NCBI GenBank assembly: GCA_965153355.1
Contig: OZ231126.1
Location: 39,184,001 to 39,248,000 of the forward strand
Length of the DNA: 64,000 nt
Direction of reading: 5' to 3'
Source of the DNA: Flaccisagitta enflata
Lineage: Eukaryota
Each line of letters begins with the position of its first letter. The stretch's first letter is position 1. Position numbers and translations under genes: made by a program. The notes under the pieces are model-generated. The model saw only the letters and a program-made list of their open reading frames with translations. It was not told the origin of the DNA and searched no databases. Shown here one piece after another: positions 62,381-64,000 of this stretch.

Positions 62381-62997
62381 CACTACTGTCTGACGACCAA
62401 TCCAGGGTGAGATTGACATTACAGTTGTTTTTTTCGCAGTTTTGCCAAGCTCATGTGTGTACAATACAGGAACTATCGAGAGGAAAATCTTTCCTGGAGC
62501 GCTTTTTGAAAAAAATCAATTTTTTACCTTAAGGAAAGGTGCTGTTAATACAGATTCTTGTGGGTTGTATTGACTCATTTTTGGATTCCATATTGTTATT
62601 CTATGCAAAATTTCCTTTCATTTGATAGGTCACACTACATGGTTTCATACAGAAAGAAAGTTTTCATATTTTGAGCCACCGTTACTTTTTTGTAACAGTG
62701 ACTCAAAAAATGAAAATTTAAATTCTTTGCAAAAGTATAGAGTGCGACATATTAAATGAAAGAGAATTTTGACTAGATTAACAATATGTAATCAAAAATT
62801 GAGTCAATACAACTCACAAGAATCTGTATTCCCACCACCTTACCTTTACATGAAAAATCGATTTTTTTTCAAAAAGCGCTCCAGGAAAGATTTCCCCTTT
62901 GATGGTTCTTGTATTGTACACACATGAACTTGGCAAAACTGCGAAAAAACTCACTGTAATGTCAATCTCACCCTGGATTGGTCGTCAGACAGTAGTG
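62381..62997. mobile_element. Foldback MITE adjacent to the previous one
   Basis: CACTACTGTCTGACGACCAATCCAGGGTGAGATTGACATTACAG.../...CTGTAATGTCAATCTCACCCTGGATTGGTCGTCAGACAGTAGTG|TA. Confidence 0.9.
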
Positions 62998-64000
62998 TAT
63001 GAGAAGTGAAAAGAATGGACGTAAATTTTACATTGTAAAATTGATGGATTTTTAAACAGAATTGATTTTTGTGCATTGACATGTCTTGAGTAAAAAACCA
63101 AATCCGTCGCTTGATGTAAAATTTTGCATATTAAAAAACATGGCATCAGTCTAAACACTTCTGACAAACACTGAAACAGGCCATGTTCATCGAAATGCAA
63201 ACTTTTGCATTCAGAGACAGATTTGGTTTTTTACGTGGCAACATTAATGTTTTGCGTGCAATCTTTTTAAAAAAATCTGTTGTTTCACTGCGTATGCCAG
63301 AACTTTACCGATGCGAGATCAATACCATTGATCAGTTAGCCTTTTTTAACTTAATTTAGACAGTATGATGCATGCATAAGACTTTACTTTTGGTTACATT
63401 TTCCCTGCATAGCAGCATATTCCATTATAGAACAGAATGATTTGTTAAATGTGACGGTGTTCTGCACGGTGACATAAATCATTATTAAATGTGTACAAGT
63501 AAACGAGGCCAAGTAACAGGGTGTCCAATGAATTTGGCAAAATTTCAAAGAAAACATTAAAATCTATTCTGAACTGATTTTTTTCCATCAAAAAAATGAT
63601 CAAACATAAGGGTTAGTTTGTTGTGAATACCTATTATCCAATAGGCAGTAAAAATCCAAACAAGGATGAAGAGGTTCATTTGAAATGGTCTGGAAAAAAA
63701 TAACTTTTATGGACAAACAAAAATTGATGGTTGATTTTGAATTATTCTTTCTTCAATGCCCTGAGCCAAGTAAGATGGACTGTCCTGCTTCAATGATGTA
63801 TTCCCACTTATTTCTTGTTCAAATTTGGATAATAGATTTGATGCCAAAGGTAGCTTAAAGGTTGCTTTCCTCTCTGATTTTTTATTGGTAACAAGGCCAA
63901 GTAGGCCAATAGGTGCGACAGTGTGGATCGTCGAACGAATGCGTTACCAACCAACTGACCGACCGACCAACCAACCAACCAACGGACACAGCCAGTTATA

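Overview
AT-rich, repeat-dense animal (probably invertebrate) genomic window with spliceosomal introns. It holds a young, full-length 11.9-kb BEL/Pao LTR retrotransposon (6101-18007; 683-bp LTRs, GTGAG target-site duplication). This element is unusual: gag and pol are in frame but separated by a UGA-CUAG stop followed by a GC-rich stem-loop (predicted readthrough), it carries a third 790-aa non-env ORF with its own splice acceptor, and it has seven dispersed copies of one ANCA-loop RNA hairpin. The element interrupts a damaged XK-related (Xkr scramblase-like) gene whose C-terminus is fused to lectin-like, EGF and Kelch modules; an intact 3-exon XK-related paralog follows. Also present are a solo CR1/L2-type ORF1, a 3-exon gene for a secreted 12-Cys peptide, a complete 7-exon cathepsin L, the last three exons of a ferlin, the 5' end of a probable second retroelement at the left edge, and many foldback MITEs and Helentron/DINE-like repeats. 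All calls come from reading the sequence by eye; no database searches were run.
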